Shown here: in pieces, positions 1 through 12,425 of the stretch | Position numbering within the stretch: the stretch's first letter is position 1 | Layout: each line of letters opens with the position of its first letter | Assembly (NCBI GenBank): GCA_965261345.1 | Contig: OZ253449.1 | Location: 640,001 to 704,000, forward strand | Length of the DNA stretch: 64,000 nucleotides | Reading direction: 5' to 3' | Origin: Chloroflexota bacterium | Lineage (GTDB): Bacteria > Chloroflexota > UBA11872 > VXNJ01 | Translations under genes and position numbers: made by a program | Notes under the pieces: model-generated | What the model was told of the DNA's origin: nothing | What the model saw: only the letters and a program-made list of their open reading frames with translations | Database searches by the model: none

Positions 1-971
1 CAATCTATTGCACCTGGCTATTGGCCGGCGGGTGGACCATCAATTGGCGGTTGCGGTTGGGCGCATTCACCATATTGGCCCTGGCGACATTGGGATTCGA
101 ACTGTCAGTCGGCGGCGCCGCACCGGTACTGCTGCTAGGGCTGATCGGTATTGCGGCCTCCGCCTTCAGATGCCTTCCGGCCGGCTCAAGGGCTGCGACC
201 GGCCCGATCCTGGGACTTGCCGGATATGGATTCCTGGTGCTGCTGATTCCCGAATTCATCCACATCGATGACGGGTTCGGCGGTGCCTGGGGGCGTCTGA
301 ACACGGTGTTTAAATTCTTCTTTCATGCGTGGATAGTGTTGCTAGCAATTACGCCGGCGATGATCGGCGGACTTTTCCGGGCGGTAATGGAATGGCCGTC
401 AGCGCGCCTGGCTCGGTCCGGAAGCCTGGCGGCGGCGGGCACGTTGATCACTTTGCTTGGAATCGGATCTTTCTATACAGCCGACGCCGCGCGGGCCCGC
501 GCGGCCGACTTCGACGGCCAATCGCTTAACGCGTTGCGATCAGCTGAGGTCAGCGCCGGCGGCGACGTTGAAGTTGCCAATTGGATGGCACGCAATCTCG
601 ATCCGGAATCTACGATCCTGGAAGCCTGCTGCGAATCCTATTCACAAACCGGTCGGATGGCGGCCTGGACCGGAATTCCGACGGTGTTCGCCTGGCAGGC
701 ACATTGCCGGATGCACCGGCCCGATTGCGATCTGACGGCTCCTGATCCGCAATTGATCCAGCGGCTCTATGACGGTCTGGGAGGTGCGCAAATCGCCGCC
801 CGGTTGCGCGAATTGGGCATCACCCACGTGGTGGTGGGCAATCAGGAGCGCTTCCGGTACCCGTCGCTTGGCGACCCCAGCCGGACTGATTTGATCGATG
901 CGTACTCCTCCACCGGGGGGCAAACCCGTTTGTACGCGGTCCCCTACCCGACCCGATCGGAAGAGCAATGA
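1..971 (+). CDS. DUF2298 / Chlor_Arch_YYY-type integral membrane protein, C-terminal part (5' end outside window)
   Basis: Frame is open from the window start. It has multiple TM helices, a RLNTVFKFFFHAW motif, and an 'ILEA..ESYS..GRMAAWTGIPTV..W' plus 'THVVVG..ER..Y' tail, as recalled for this family. Confidence 0.7.
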   Translation, partial: IYCTWLLAGGWTINWRLRLGAFTILALATLGFELSVGGAAPVLLLGLIGIAASAFRCLPAGSRAATGPILGLAGYGFLVLLIPEFIHIDDGFGGAWGRLNTVFKFFFHAWIVLLAITPAMIGGLFRAVMEWPSARLARSGSLAAAGTLITLLGIGSFYTADAARARAADFDGQSLNALRSAEVSAGGDVEVANWMARNLDPESTILEACCESYSQTGRMAAWTGIPTVFAWQAHCRMHRPDCDLTAPDPQLIQRLYDGLGGAQIAARLRELGITHVVVGNQERFRYPSLGDPSRTDLIDAYSSTGGQTRLYAVPYPTRSEEQ

Positions 972-2713
972 TCGCCCGCATCCGTTCGGCGGGAGACCGG
1001 ATCGGACCATGGGTTGGCGGCCGCCGAGGGACAGTGGCGGTGCTGCTGATGGCAGCGGGCACCCGGTTGGCCGAGCTGGGAACCCGAGCCTTTCACCACG
1101 ATGAGGCAATCCATGCGGTAGAGGCCCTCAACCGCCTCGAAACATTTACCCATATTTACGATCCGGTCTATCACGGTCCCTTTCTCTATTTCTCCAACGC
1201 CCTCGTCTACCTGCTAATCGACCAGTCCGATTCGGCAGCCCGCCTGCTACCGGCTATTGCCGGGATCGGCTTGGTGGCGCTCGTCCCTCTACTGCTGCGC
1301 GAGCAGTTGGGGCGGACCGGCACCCTATTGGCGATGACCGCGCTGACCCTATCGCCGGCATTCCTCTACTATTCGCGGTTCTTGCGCAATGACATCTACA
1401 TCGCCCTGTTTACCCTGCTGGCGATGGCAAGCCTGATTCGCTTTGCTGCTCGGCCGCAACGGCGGTGGGTGGTACTGGCCGCGGTTGCGATGGGCTTTGG
1501 ACTGGCCACCAAGGAGAACACCTACATAACCGGGTTCATCTTCGTCAGCTTCCTCGCTATCCTGGCGATTGCTGCCGTCCGGTTCGGCCGCGCTCAAAAC
1601 AACCCCCATCCATCGAGGCGGCGCCGTCAGTTCGCTGGCGCAAAAGTTTTGCCAACGACTTGGCGTGACCCGATTCGCGCCGCGTTTTCTGCCCTTTTTG
1701 CCGACCGCGTAGGGCTTCTTTGGGCGGGGGCGATCATCGTTGCGGTGCCGCTGCTGTTTTTCACCTCGTTCCTACAGGCTCCGGACCGGTTTCTCGTCGC
1801 GCTGCGTGACTCGGTGGCCGTTTGGGCTGAGATCAACGAGATCGGGCGGGTCAACCAGCCGTGGTTCTACTACCTCGGCCTCACTCTGACCCTAGAACCA
1901 TTCGCCGCAGTCCTGGGATTGGCCGGAATAGTTGCAACAGTCCGCAAGCCTGCGCTTTTTTCCGGGCTGCTGCTCTGGTGGCTGGCATTGTCCCTTTGCA
2001 TCTATTCAATCGCCGGCGAAAAGGCGCCCTGGCTGGCCCTTCACCCGCTGCTCCCATTGATATTGCTCGCTGCCCGCTTTGCCGGCACCTGGTTGGAGAC
2101 CGCCGGCAACTGGCAGCGCTGGCTCGCCGGCGTGGTAATCGCCGTGCTCTTGACCATTGGCGCCCGGCATGCGATTGCCACCACCTACCTGTACGGCGAC
2201 GTGCCCAGGACTCCGCTCGTTTACACCCAGACCTCGCGCGATATCGTCGCGGCGGTCGGGTTGATCGAGCGGGCGGGAACGGCAACCGGGCTAGGCCGCA
2301 GTTTACCGGTATTCATTGATGGCACTTCACACTGGCCGCTGACCTGGTACCTGCGCAATCATTCAGCCGTCACATGGGGATCCGGCCCTTCCCACCTGGA
2401 CGTTGGCAATCATCTGGTGCTAATTCTCGACGCTCCCACCAGGGAATTGGCACTTGATCAACTGGGCGCCTACCGGGGCCGCGAGTTGCGCTTGCGCGAA
2501 TGGTTCCCGGAGGGGGTCTATCACAGCTGGGATGGCAGCTCAGTATGGGCGTTCATATCGAGCCCACAACCGGCACTGCAGCTGGCCACATTTCTGTTAT
2601 TCCACGAGCCACCGGCCCCAATCGGGTCCACCAACGTCTTTTTGTACGTCCATGCGGACCTCCTGGAATTAGGAATCGATCCGATCGCTTCCATCGCTCA
2701 AGTCCCGCCCTAG
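968..2713 (+). CDS. TIGR03663-like (Agl23 / PMT-ArnT, GT-C fold) membrane glycosyltransferase-like protein
   Basis: Motifs FHHDEAIH, YDPVYHGPFLY, LSP..LYYSRFLRND, ATKEN, GEK.PWL and LVYTQTS; ATGA overlap with the upstream gene. Confidence 0.75.
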   Translation: MIARIRSAGDRIGPWVGGRRGTVAVLLMAAGTRLAELGTRAFHHDEAIHAVEALNRLETFTHIYDPVYHGPFLYFSNALVYLLIDQSDSAARLLPAIAGIGLVALVPLLLREQLGRTGTLLAMTALTLSPAFLYYSRFLRNDIYIALFTLLAMASLIRFAARPQRRWVVLAAVAMGFGLATKENTYITGFIFVSFLAILAIAAVRFGRAQNNPHPSRRRRQFAGAKVLPTTWRDPIRAAFSALFADRVGLLWAGAIIVAVPLLFFTSFLQAPDRFLVALRDSVAVWAEINEIGRVNQPWFYYLGLTLTLEPFAAVLGLAGIVATVRKPALFSGLLLWWLALSLCIYSIAGEKAPWLALHPLLPLILLAARFAGTWLETAGNWQRWLAGVVIAVLLTIGARHAIATTYLYGDVPRTPLVYTQTSRDIVAAVGLIERAGTATGLGRSLPVFIDGTSHWPLTWYLRNHSAVTWGSGPSHLDVGNHLVLILDAPTRELALDQLGAYRGRELRLREWFPEGVYHSWDGSSVWAFISSPQPALQLATFLLFHEPPAPIGSTNVFLYVHADLLELGIDPIASIAQVPP

Positions 2714-2771
2714 CAATTGGGATCTGCGTAGGCCCCGCACCACTCGCGAGCGAGGGCGCAGGACGAAAGAA

Positions 2772-2892
<121 letters not shown>

Positions 2893-2911
2893 TTCTCGCG
2901 ATGTAATTATT

Positions 2912-6096
<3,185 letters not shown>

Positions 6097-6098
<2 letters not shown>

Positions 6099-6110
6099 TG
6101 TCAAAGGTGC
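6097..6110 (-). promoter_or_regulatory. boxA-like antitermination element
   Basis: GCACCTTTGACAAG on the minus strand, between the promoter and the processing stalk; resembles rrn boxA (GCTCTTTAACAA). Confidence 0.55.
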
Positions 6111-6169
6111 GCCAACCTGACAGACGCGGCTTGCAACGCAAGCTACAGTCTCGCCAAAGTTAGCCGTTG

Positions 6170-6198
6170 ATTGTAGTCCACCCAAATTGTCTGCGCAA
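6170..6198 (-). promoter_or_regulatory. sigma70-type promoter for the 23S-5S unit
   Basis: TTGCGC-N17-TACAAT on the minus strand, ~130 nt upstream of the 23S 5' end. Confidence 0.65.
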
Positions 6199-6233
6199 CG
6201 CAAAAACCGGTTGCCGTTGATCCCGGATGGGGT

Positions 6234-7220
6234 TCATCCCAGAATGGAGCGGAAGGCCGACCGGAACGGTGCCTCGTCGGCCGTCGTCGATACTTCCCAA
6301 ACCGCACTCGGCAACACCGCCGGATCGACCATTCGCCGTTGACCGTCGGCCAATAGTGCGGGGGACCGGGTATCCACCACGGTCATTCCCCAGGCCGAAT
6401 CGCGACCGGCGTCGACATCCATTTTCAACCGCCGGCTGGTTACGGCGCCGCGGTCGGCCAGCCAGACCAGCGTGAGCAAATCGGGGCACACCATCCTCCC
6501 GCCGGCGTTGGCGGCGGCGGTTGCGGCATGGTAGTAGCCCAACGGCCCCCGCAAAAAGTCGGCTGCCGCGGTTCGGCTCTCCCCAAGCAGGGCCAATTCA
6601 TCATCCCCGAGGGTGGTTGCTTTCATCACGTCATAGGTAAGCATTCGTGGCGGGCGCGGCCAGGCGGCGTTGACCATTTCCTTCGCCGCGAGGGGATCGC
6701 CGGCAACATTAAAACTGGCAACCGGAGAAATGTTGCCGGGCAGGTTGTAGGTGCCGCCCATATAGATGAAATCGGCAACTAGCGACGGTAGTTCCGGCTC
6801 CAGGCGCAAGGCCCGGGCGATGTTGGTGGCCGGCCCCAGGGCGGCCAATACGAATCGACCCGGAAATTGCCGGCAAAGTTCGACTATCGCCTGGTCCGCC
6901 GGGAGGTGGTAGGGGCTCAAGTCAAAGTCGGCCAGGCCAACATCGCCGAGCCCGTCATCGCCGTGAACCGATGACGCCCGACCAAGGACTGGTGAGCCGG
7001 CAAGGGCGTGGGCCGCGCCGTGGGCGATCGGGATTTCATTTCGTCCCGCAGCTCCCAGCACTCTCGCAACGTTCCGGGCCACCTTTTCATGTTCAACGTT
7101 CCCGTGCACGCAGGTAACTAGAGACACGCTGAACATGGGACTCGTCAATGCAAACCAGATGGCTACGGCGTCGTCCACACCACAGTCGCTGTCAATGATC
7201 AGGTCAATCGGGTCCGGCAT
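6234..7220 (-). CDS. Inosine/uridine-preferring nucleoside hydrolase family protein
   Basis: N-terminal IIDSDCGVDDAVA (DxDxxxDD), VHGN, HGDDGLGD, LGPATN and MGG motifs. Confidence 0.88.
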   Translation of the reverse strand: MPDPIDLIIDSDCGVDDAVAIWFALTSPMFSVSLVTCVHGNVEHEKVARNVARVLGAAGRNEIPIAHGAAHALAGSPVLGRASSVHGDDGLGDVGLADFDLSPYHLPADQAIVELCRQFPGRFVLAALGPATNIARALRLEPELPSLVADFIYMGGTYNLPGNISPVASFNVAGDPLAAKEMVNAAWPRPPRMLTYDVMKATTLGDDELALLGESRTAAADFLRGPLGYYHAATAAANAGGRMVCPDLLTLVWLADRGAVTSRRLKMDVDAGRDSAWGMTVVDTRSPALLADGQRRMVDPAVLPSAVWEVSTTADEAPFRSAFRSILG

Positions 7221-7599
7221 TGGCGGCTCTTTAGGGCAATTAATCGGGGTTGGTTCTTCATATAAAGAATCGCCGAGTCACTGCCAGTCGGCAGCAATTG
7301 ATCACTGCTTCTAAAAGCGACTCCACCGGTTTCAGGCTAGATCCTCGCCGGTCGACGATCGTACGCCAACCTGGTTCGCGCCGCGTCCGGTCGGTTAAAT
7401 TCCTGGCGGCGCGGCCAGGAAGATCGAGCCCGGAAAGTGCGAATCGCCCGGCATCCGCAGGCGACGTTAAGGTACGGGATTTGTCCGAATAATGCCCGGC
7501 CGGCAATTTATTCATTGCCGAATCGTCGGCGTTCCTGTTTAATTGCGTGGGGGAGCGGGACGTTTAAGAGATCTCAACAATTTCAGGCGGAGGCACGAC

Positions 7600-8223
7600 A
7601 TGACCGACTATCCAGTCCAGTTATCAATCGACTATTCGGATTCCAGCAATCGGCTCACGGCGCTTTTTAGGATCCTTCTGGCGATCCCGATCGTGCTGAT
7701 TCTTGCCGCCGTGGGCGGCGGAGCCGCGAGCGGCGACGCCAGCATTGACCAGTTCGGCACGTTTCTGGCCGCCGGCGGGACGCTGGTCGTCGCCCCTCTC
7801 TTACTGATCCTTTATCGTCGCAAATATCCGCGCTGGTGGTTCGACTGGAACCTGGAGCTGGCCCGTTTTTCCACCAGGGTCACAGCCTACTTGATGCTCT
7901 TGCGCGATGAGTACCCGTCCACGGACGATCATCAGGCGGTCCACCTCGATATCCAATACCCGGACGCCGCCACGGAGTTGAATCGGTTCCTACCCATCAT
8001 CAAATGGGCGCTGGCAATTCCGCACCTGATCATCTTGTCGATTCTGTCCGTCTTCGTGATCATCGTAACGGTAGTTGCCTGGTTTGCGATATTGATCATC
8101 GGGCGCTATCCGAGGCCGCTGTTTAATTTCACGGTGGGGGCGCTCCGCTGGGGAACGCGGGTTACCGCCTACGCAATCCTGCTCACTACCGACCGGTACC
8201 CACCGTTCCGGCTCGACGCTTGA
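7600..8223 (+). CDS. DUF4389-domain membrane protein
   Basis: Two repeats of 'LAIP..I.L...YPR.(W/L)F.....R...RVTAY..LL.D.YP'; ATG at 7600 with a GGAGG SD. Confidence 0.8.
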   Translation: MTDYPVQLSIDYSDSSNRLTALFRILLAIPIVLILAAVGGGAASGDASIDQFGTFLAAGGTLVVAPLLLILYRRKYPRWWFDWNLELARFSTRVTAYLMLLRDEYPSTDDHQAVHLDIQYPDAATELNRFLPIIKWALAIPHLIILSILSVFVIIVTVVAWFAILIIGRYPRPLFNFTVGALRWGTRVTAYAILLTTDRYPPFRLDA

Positions 8224-8280
8224 ATTGACTAGCTGAGCACGGCTTCCGTCGCTCGATTCGCCGGTGCTGCCGGTACTAAA

Positions 8281-8361
8281 CCGCCAGCCCGTCTACTAGG
8301 ACGAGGCCGTCGCCGGCACGTCTGCAAAACCGGAATCGCGCCCGAGTAGACGGGCTGGCGG
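8281..8361. repeat. Perfect 17-bp inverted repeat with 47-nt spacer
   Basis: ccgccagcccgtctact (8281-8297) / agtagacgggctggcgg (8345-8361). Confidence 0.85.
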
Positions 8362-9097
8362 GTGCCGCATGTTTGACCACCTGAGAATCGCTCTAGGGCG
8401 GTGCAAAACAGTCGATCGGGCCGCTAATCTCAAGCACCGCGACGAACTGGCAGCGGGTAAACCCGGGCTCAACCGGCAGGTGCAGCGGTGCTTACAGCCG
8501 TTTGAGTAATTTAATTGCGCAACGCGCCTTTGGCAACGTTTAAAAACGGCCCCTGGTATCAACGTCTTGACCGGGCACGATGGCGCTCTCGCTCGAATCG
8601 GCAGTCCCCCAATGGTCAGGTTGTCTTCCCGGTGTATCCGCGGCGACAACCTTTTTCAAACGGAACCCAATTTGCCGGGTTGGCAGGCCCGACCGCCGGC
8701 GGTATCCTGACCTCGCATTCGGCAAGCAGAATTGAATAATGCGAGAACTAGAACTTGCCGAGGCCGCGAGGGCGGCAACAGCAAGGTTTACTCCTGTTTA
8801 GTCTTAGGTCCGTGGTTGGGCGCCCGAATCGGTCATCGAGGGGCGCAGTAGTGGCAACGGAATTGGCGCGGAACGCTTTTGCCCGTCAACATGCCAGGCC
8901 TCCTGGTCCGAAAGCGTGATCGAGTGGACATTTTCACGTTGGAGTGGATCGGCGGTAAGGATTGAACCATCGTCAAAATAGCGTCGCGAGAAGTGTTTTG
9001 CAAGCCAGATTACGCTGCCAGGGCGAACGACAGTCGCGGCCCAAGTTCGACTGGAGGTTTGGGCTTGCAACTTGAACCGATGGGGTGGGTCCCGCCG

Positions 9098-10171
9098 ATG
9101 CCTATCGCATTGATAAACCGATTGCGACCGCACAAGTTGTCGCTGGCAATTGCTTTGTCAATCGCTGCGGTTGCTTTGGCAGCTTGCCAGGCCGATTCCG
9201 ATCCGGTTCAATCGGCAAATGGCCAATCACGCTCGCTAAAAATCGTTGCCAGTACTTCGATATTGGCCGATATCGCCATCGGCGCCCGCCATTGTGCGGG
9301 CCATAACTCGCATCTGCCAACATCGCTGAGCCGGATGACCAAATCCTGGCCTTGGTGCCGCCCGGCGGTGACGCCCACGGTTGGTCGCTTTCGCCAAGCC
9401 AGCTCAAGGCGATCGCCGAGGCCGATCTGGTCATTGAAATTGGCCTTGAGTTGGACACTCACTTTATGGATCCCATTTTTGAAGCGGGCACAACCTCCGC
9501 CCTACGGGTGGTTACCTCGGACGGGATCGACCTGATCGCCGCCACCGAGGGACAACACGCCGGGGCCGGGGACGTAAACATGGAAGATCAGGAGGACGGC
9601 GATCACGGCGAATTCGACCCGCATGTTTGGACAAGTCCTGCCAACGCTAAAGTAATGGCCGCCAACATCCGCGACGCGCTCACCCAGATTGCACCGGATC
9701 GAGCCGCCGCGTACAACGCACGCTTCGTGGCCTTTGCAGACGAATTAGACATGCTCGACGAGGCGATCAGGGCGCGGTTTGCGGACCTGCCGCTTGATTC
9801 CCGGCAAGTCCTGATCAAACCTGCCGCTTGATTCCCGGCAAGTCCTGATCTATCACCGCAATCTCGATTACTTTGCCGCCCGTTATGGTATCGAAGTCGT
9901 CGGTTCGTTCAGCGGGGGTTACACGACCGAAGCGGTCAGTCAGTCGCCCGCCCACATCGCCGGACTGTTGGCGATCGCGGGTGTCGATGCGGTCTTTGCC
10001 GAAACTGGGATCGACCCAGAATCAACAATCGCGCTGGCCGATGACGCCAGCGTAAATTACGGGGGCGAATTGACGATTGATTGGTTAGGGGCCCAGGATT
10101 CAGCCACCGCAACCTACCTGGACCTGATGAACACCCTTGGCAAGCAGATCGCAGAGGCGCTGGCGCAATGA
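9098..10171 (+). pseudogene. znuA: Zn/Mn ABC transporter substrate-binding lipoprotein (ZnuA/TroA family), split into 3 frames by two insertions
   Basis: Lipobox LAAC, KIVASTSILADIA|ANIAE..LVPPGGDAH, DPHVWTSP and YHRNLDYFAARYG. Disrupted by a 38-nt insertion (9278-9315) and a 34-nt duplication (9817-9850). Confidence 0.8.
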
Positions 10172-10860
10172 ACCAAACCTTGGATCGCCGCCGTCACGCA
10201 GTGGAATTCATTGGGGCCTGTTTTGCATATCCGCATTCAGATTGGCCGGGACTGCATCAGATCGATTTGCGTATCGAATCCGGCTCAGTAGTGGTCATGA
10301 CCGGTTCCAATGGGGTTGGAAAATCAACGGTCTTAAAGTTGATATCCGGAGCCCTCTCGCCGACCGAAGGCCGGGTTCTGGTCGAGGGACGTAGGGCAGG
10401 TTTCGACGGGCGTGTGGCCCACATGGACCGCTCTGATTCCACCGATTGGTCATTCCCTATTGATGTACGACGGTTCGTGCTGCTCGGTCGCTACGTGCAC
10501 CGCGGCCCCTTGCGCCCTTTTAGGGAATGTGACCATCGACGAGTCGACGAAACCATTGACCTGTTGCAGTTGACCCAAGTCAAGCACCGGCAAATCGGAG
10601 AATTGTCCAGTGGTCAGCAGCAGCGGGCCGTCATCGGCCGGGCGGTTGCCCAGGACGCCGACGTATACCTGTTCGACGAACCGCTCAATTCGCTCGATGG
10701 TGCATCGGCGCAGATCTTCTCAAATGTTGTTGCAAGGTTGAAGGCCGCCAACCGGACCGTCATTGTTGTTACCCACGAGCCGGGACGCCTCAAAGTGCAA
10801 GTCGACCGCACCCTGCACGTTGCCGACAGTCCGCGGGCCCTGGCCCGAAGCGATCGGTAA
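10168..10860 (+). CDS. znuC: Metal ABC transporter ATP-binding protein
   Basis: Walker A GSNGVGKST, signature LSSGQQQR, Walker B YLFDEP, VTH; ATG at 10168 overlaps the znuA stop. Confidence 0.85.
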   Translation: MNQTLDRRRHAVEFIGACFAYPHSDWPGLHQIDLRIESGSVVVMTGSNGVGKSTVLKLISGALSPTEGRVLVEGRRAGFDGRVAHMDRSDSTDWSFPIDVRRFVLLGRYVHRGPLRPFRECDHRRVDETIDLLQLTQVKHRQIGELSSGQQQRAVIGRAVAQDADVYLFDEPLNSLDGASAQIFSNVVARLKAANRTVIVVTHEPGRLKVQVDRTLHVADSPRALARSDR

Positions 10861-10863
10861 TCC

Positions 10864-11721
10864 GTGTACGAGTTTTTTGTCGAACCGCTAAGTTACCGGT
10901 TCATGCAATATGCGATGGTCACGCTGATCGCGGCCAGCATCATCTGCGCCAGCGTCGGGGTACACCTGGTAGTCCGACGGATGTCGTTCTTCTCGGTCGG
11001 CGTTTCGCATGCCGTACTGCCCGGCGTGGTAGTGGCGTTCGCTGCCGGAATTAACGTGGTCATCGGGTCCTTGTTGGCGGCGCTGGCGGCCACCTTCGGC
11101 ATAAGCTGGCTAACCCGCAAACAAGTCTTAAACGAGGATGCTGCAATCGGGGCAATCTACACTGGCATGTTTGCCCTGGGAATAGTAATGCTCGCCACCC
11201 TGGCAACTTTTCAGGACATGTTTGCCTTAATTTTTGGAGACATCCTGGCCGTGAACCAGGGGGAGTTGATGTTGTTGTTAGGTTTGGCAGTCCTGGTCGT
11301 GATATTGTTGCTGGCGTTTAATCGGGAGCTTGAACTTACCGGACTCGATCCGGCATACGCATCCTCGATCGGGTTGAGCCCAGACCTGGCCCGGATGGGG
11401 CTGCTGGTCCTGGTGGCGGTTGCAGTAGTGGCCGGGATAACGGCAGTCGGAATAGTACTGACAGCCTCGCTGTTGATTTCTTCGGCATCAGCCGCATCGA
11501 TGCTTTCGCACAGCATCTGGCACCGCTACGTAATTTCGGTTTCAATCGCGGTTGTGGCCGGGATTCTGGCGCTGTACGTGTCGTATCACGCCGATCTTCC
11601 CTCGGGAGGGTCGATAGTCATTTTTCAGGCCTTGGCCGTCGGCCTGGCCTGGTGCCTGCGCTGGTTCCGGAATCGGATGGGAAGTCACACCGAACCCGTC
11701 GATGAAGAACTGGCGAGTTGA
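10864..11721 (+). CDS. znuB: Metal ABC transporter permease (ABC-3)
   Basis: RRMSFFSVGVSHAVLPG, EDAAIG and FGDILAV motifs; multiple TMs. Confidence 0.88.
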   Translation: MYEFFVEPLSYRFMQYAMVTLIAASIICASVGVHLVVRRMSFFSVGVSHAVLPGVVVAFAAGINVVIGSLLAALAATFGISWLTRKQVLNEDAAIGAIYTGMFALGIVMLATLATFQDMFALIFGDILAVNQGELMLLLGLAVLVVILLLAFNRELELTGLDPAYASSIGLSPDLARMGLLVLVAVAVVAGITAVGIVLTASLLISSASAASMLSHSIWHRYVISVSIAVVAGILALYVSYHADLPSGGSIVIFQALAVGLAWCLRWFRNRMGSHTEPVDEELAS

Positions 11722-11826
11722 AAGCGTGAAAGGAACGGCCCTGCCAGGCCGCCGCCCAACCGACACACCCGGCCACGACCTTCGCCGGTTCTGCGGCAGC
11801 CCGCGTCACCTATCCAAAATTCGCGC

Positions 11827-12210
11827 TCATTCGTTGCGGCGCAGGAATTTTTCCCAACTCCCCCACAGGAGCCCCAAGATTGGCGCAGTTGCCAGAATCA
11901 GCGGTGCGTCGGGACTTCCAGGAATTTGACCATCGGCGATCAGCCAGGCAAATCGGGCGGCCAGCAGCACGGCCAATCCAGCCGCGGCAAGCGCGGCGTT
12001 TAACAGCCTATTGCTGAGCCGTTCGATGGCGGCCGCCCATGCCGCGGTGGCCATAAAGGCTCCGGCAGCCGGATTCAGCAAAAACATGAAGAGTCGTTGA
12101 TCGACGCCCATTTGCGGGTCGCTGAGGGCCGCCAATCCGGCGATTCCAAACGCCAGGGCCGCAAAAAGCGAAATGCAGACCGCGATCCCTTTTCGCAAGA
12201 GTTCGGTCAA
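11827..12210 (-). CDS. Hypothetical membrane protein (~4 TM)
   Basis: Hydrophobic 127-aa ORF filling the gap downstream of tRNA-Ala; no family recognised. Confidence 0.55.
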   Translation of the reverse strand: MTELLRKGIAVCISLFAALAFGIAGLAALSDPQMGVDQRLFMFLLNPAAGAFMATAAWAAAIERLSNRLLNAALAAAGLAVLLAARFAWLIADGQIPGSPDAPLILATAPILGLLWGSWEKFLRRNE

Positions 12211-12279
12211 TGGGCCACTCGCGCTGCCGGCGACTTGGGGGCAGGGCCCATCAGCACCGCATTAGCCCAGCGCAGTCGG

Positions 12280-12355
12280 TGGTGGAGATGAGGGGGCTCG
12301 AACCCCTGACCTCTGCCTTGCAAAGGCAGCGCTCTTCCAGCTGAGCTACATCCCC
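12280..12355 (-). tRNA. tRNA-Ala(TGC)
   Basis: GGGGATGTAGCTCAGCTGGAAGAGCGCTGCCTTTGCAAGGCAGAGGTCAGGGGTTCGAGCCCCCTCATCTCCACCA; G3:U70 pair, encoded CCA. Confidence 0.97.
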
Positions 12356-12425
12356 GCGGGCGGTTATTTTTTGCGGGAACTGGCGTGACCGCTTTCCCAG
12401 TCTGAGTGCCGCTTTTCGGACCCGG

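Noticed and set aside
7221-7599. Riboswitch upstream of the nucleoside hydrolase or DUF4389 gene
   Set aside because: Several GC hairpins are present, but no purine, TPP, SAM or cobalamin consensus is recognisable.
8727-8753. Zur/Fur box upstream of the metal transporter
   Set aside because: AT-rich but not palindromic, and ~350 nt from the znuA start.
8296-9133. ORFs of 61-117 aa in the hairpin-rich gap
   Set aside because: Arg/Pro/Ser-rich composition, no SD or family motifs, and mutually overlapping.
9275-9318. T4 gene 60-like translational bypass of the znuA insertion (GCC take-off/landing plus hairpin)
   Set aside because: No stop codon follows the take-off codon in that frame, and a second independent lesion in the same gene points to pseudogenisation.
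12356-12425. Second att site (duplicate of the tRNA-Ile 3' end) bounding the island
   Set aside because: No recognisable copy of the tRNA-Ile or tRNA-Ala 3' end was found by eye, so island ends cannot be fixed.
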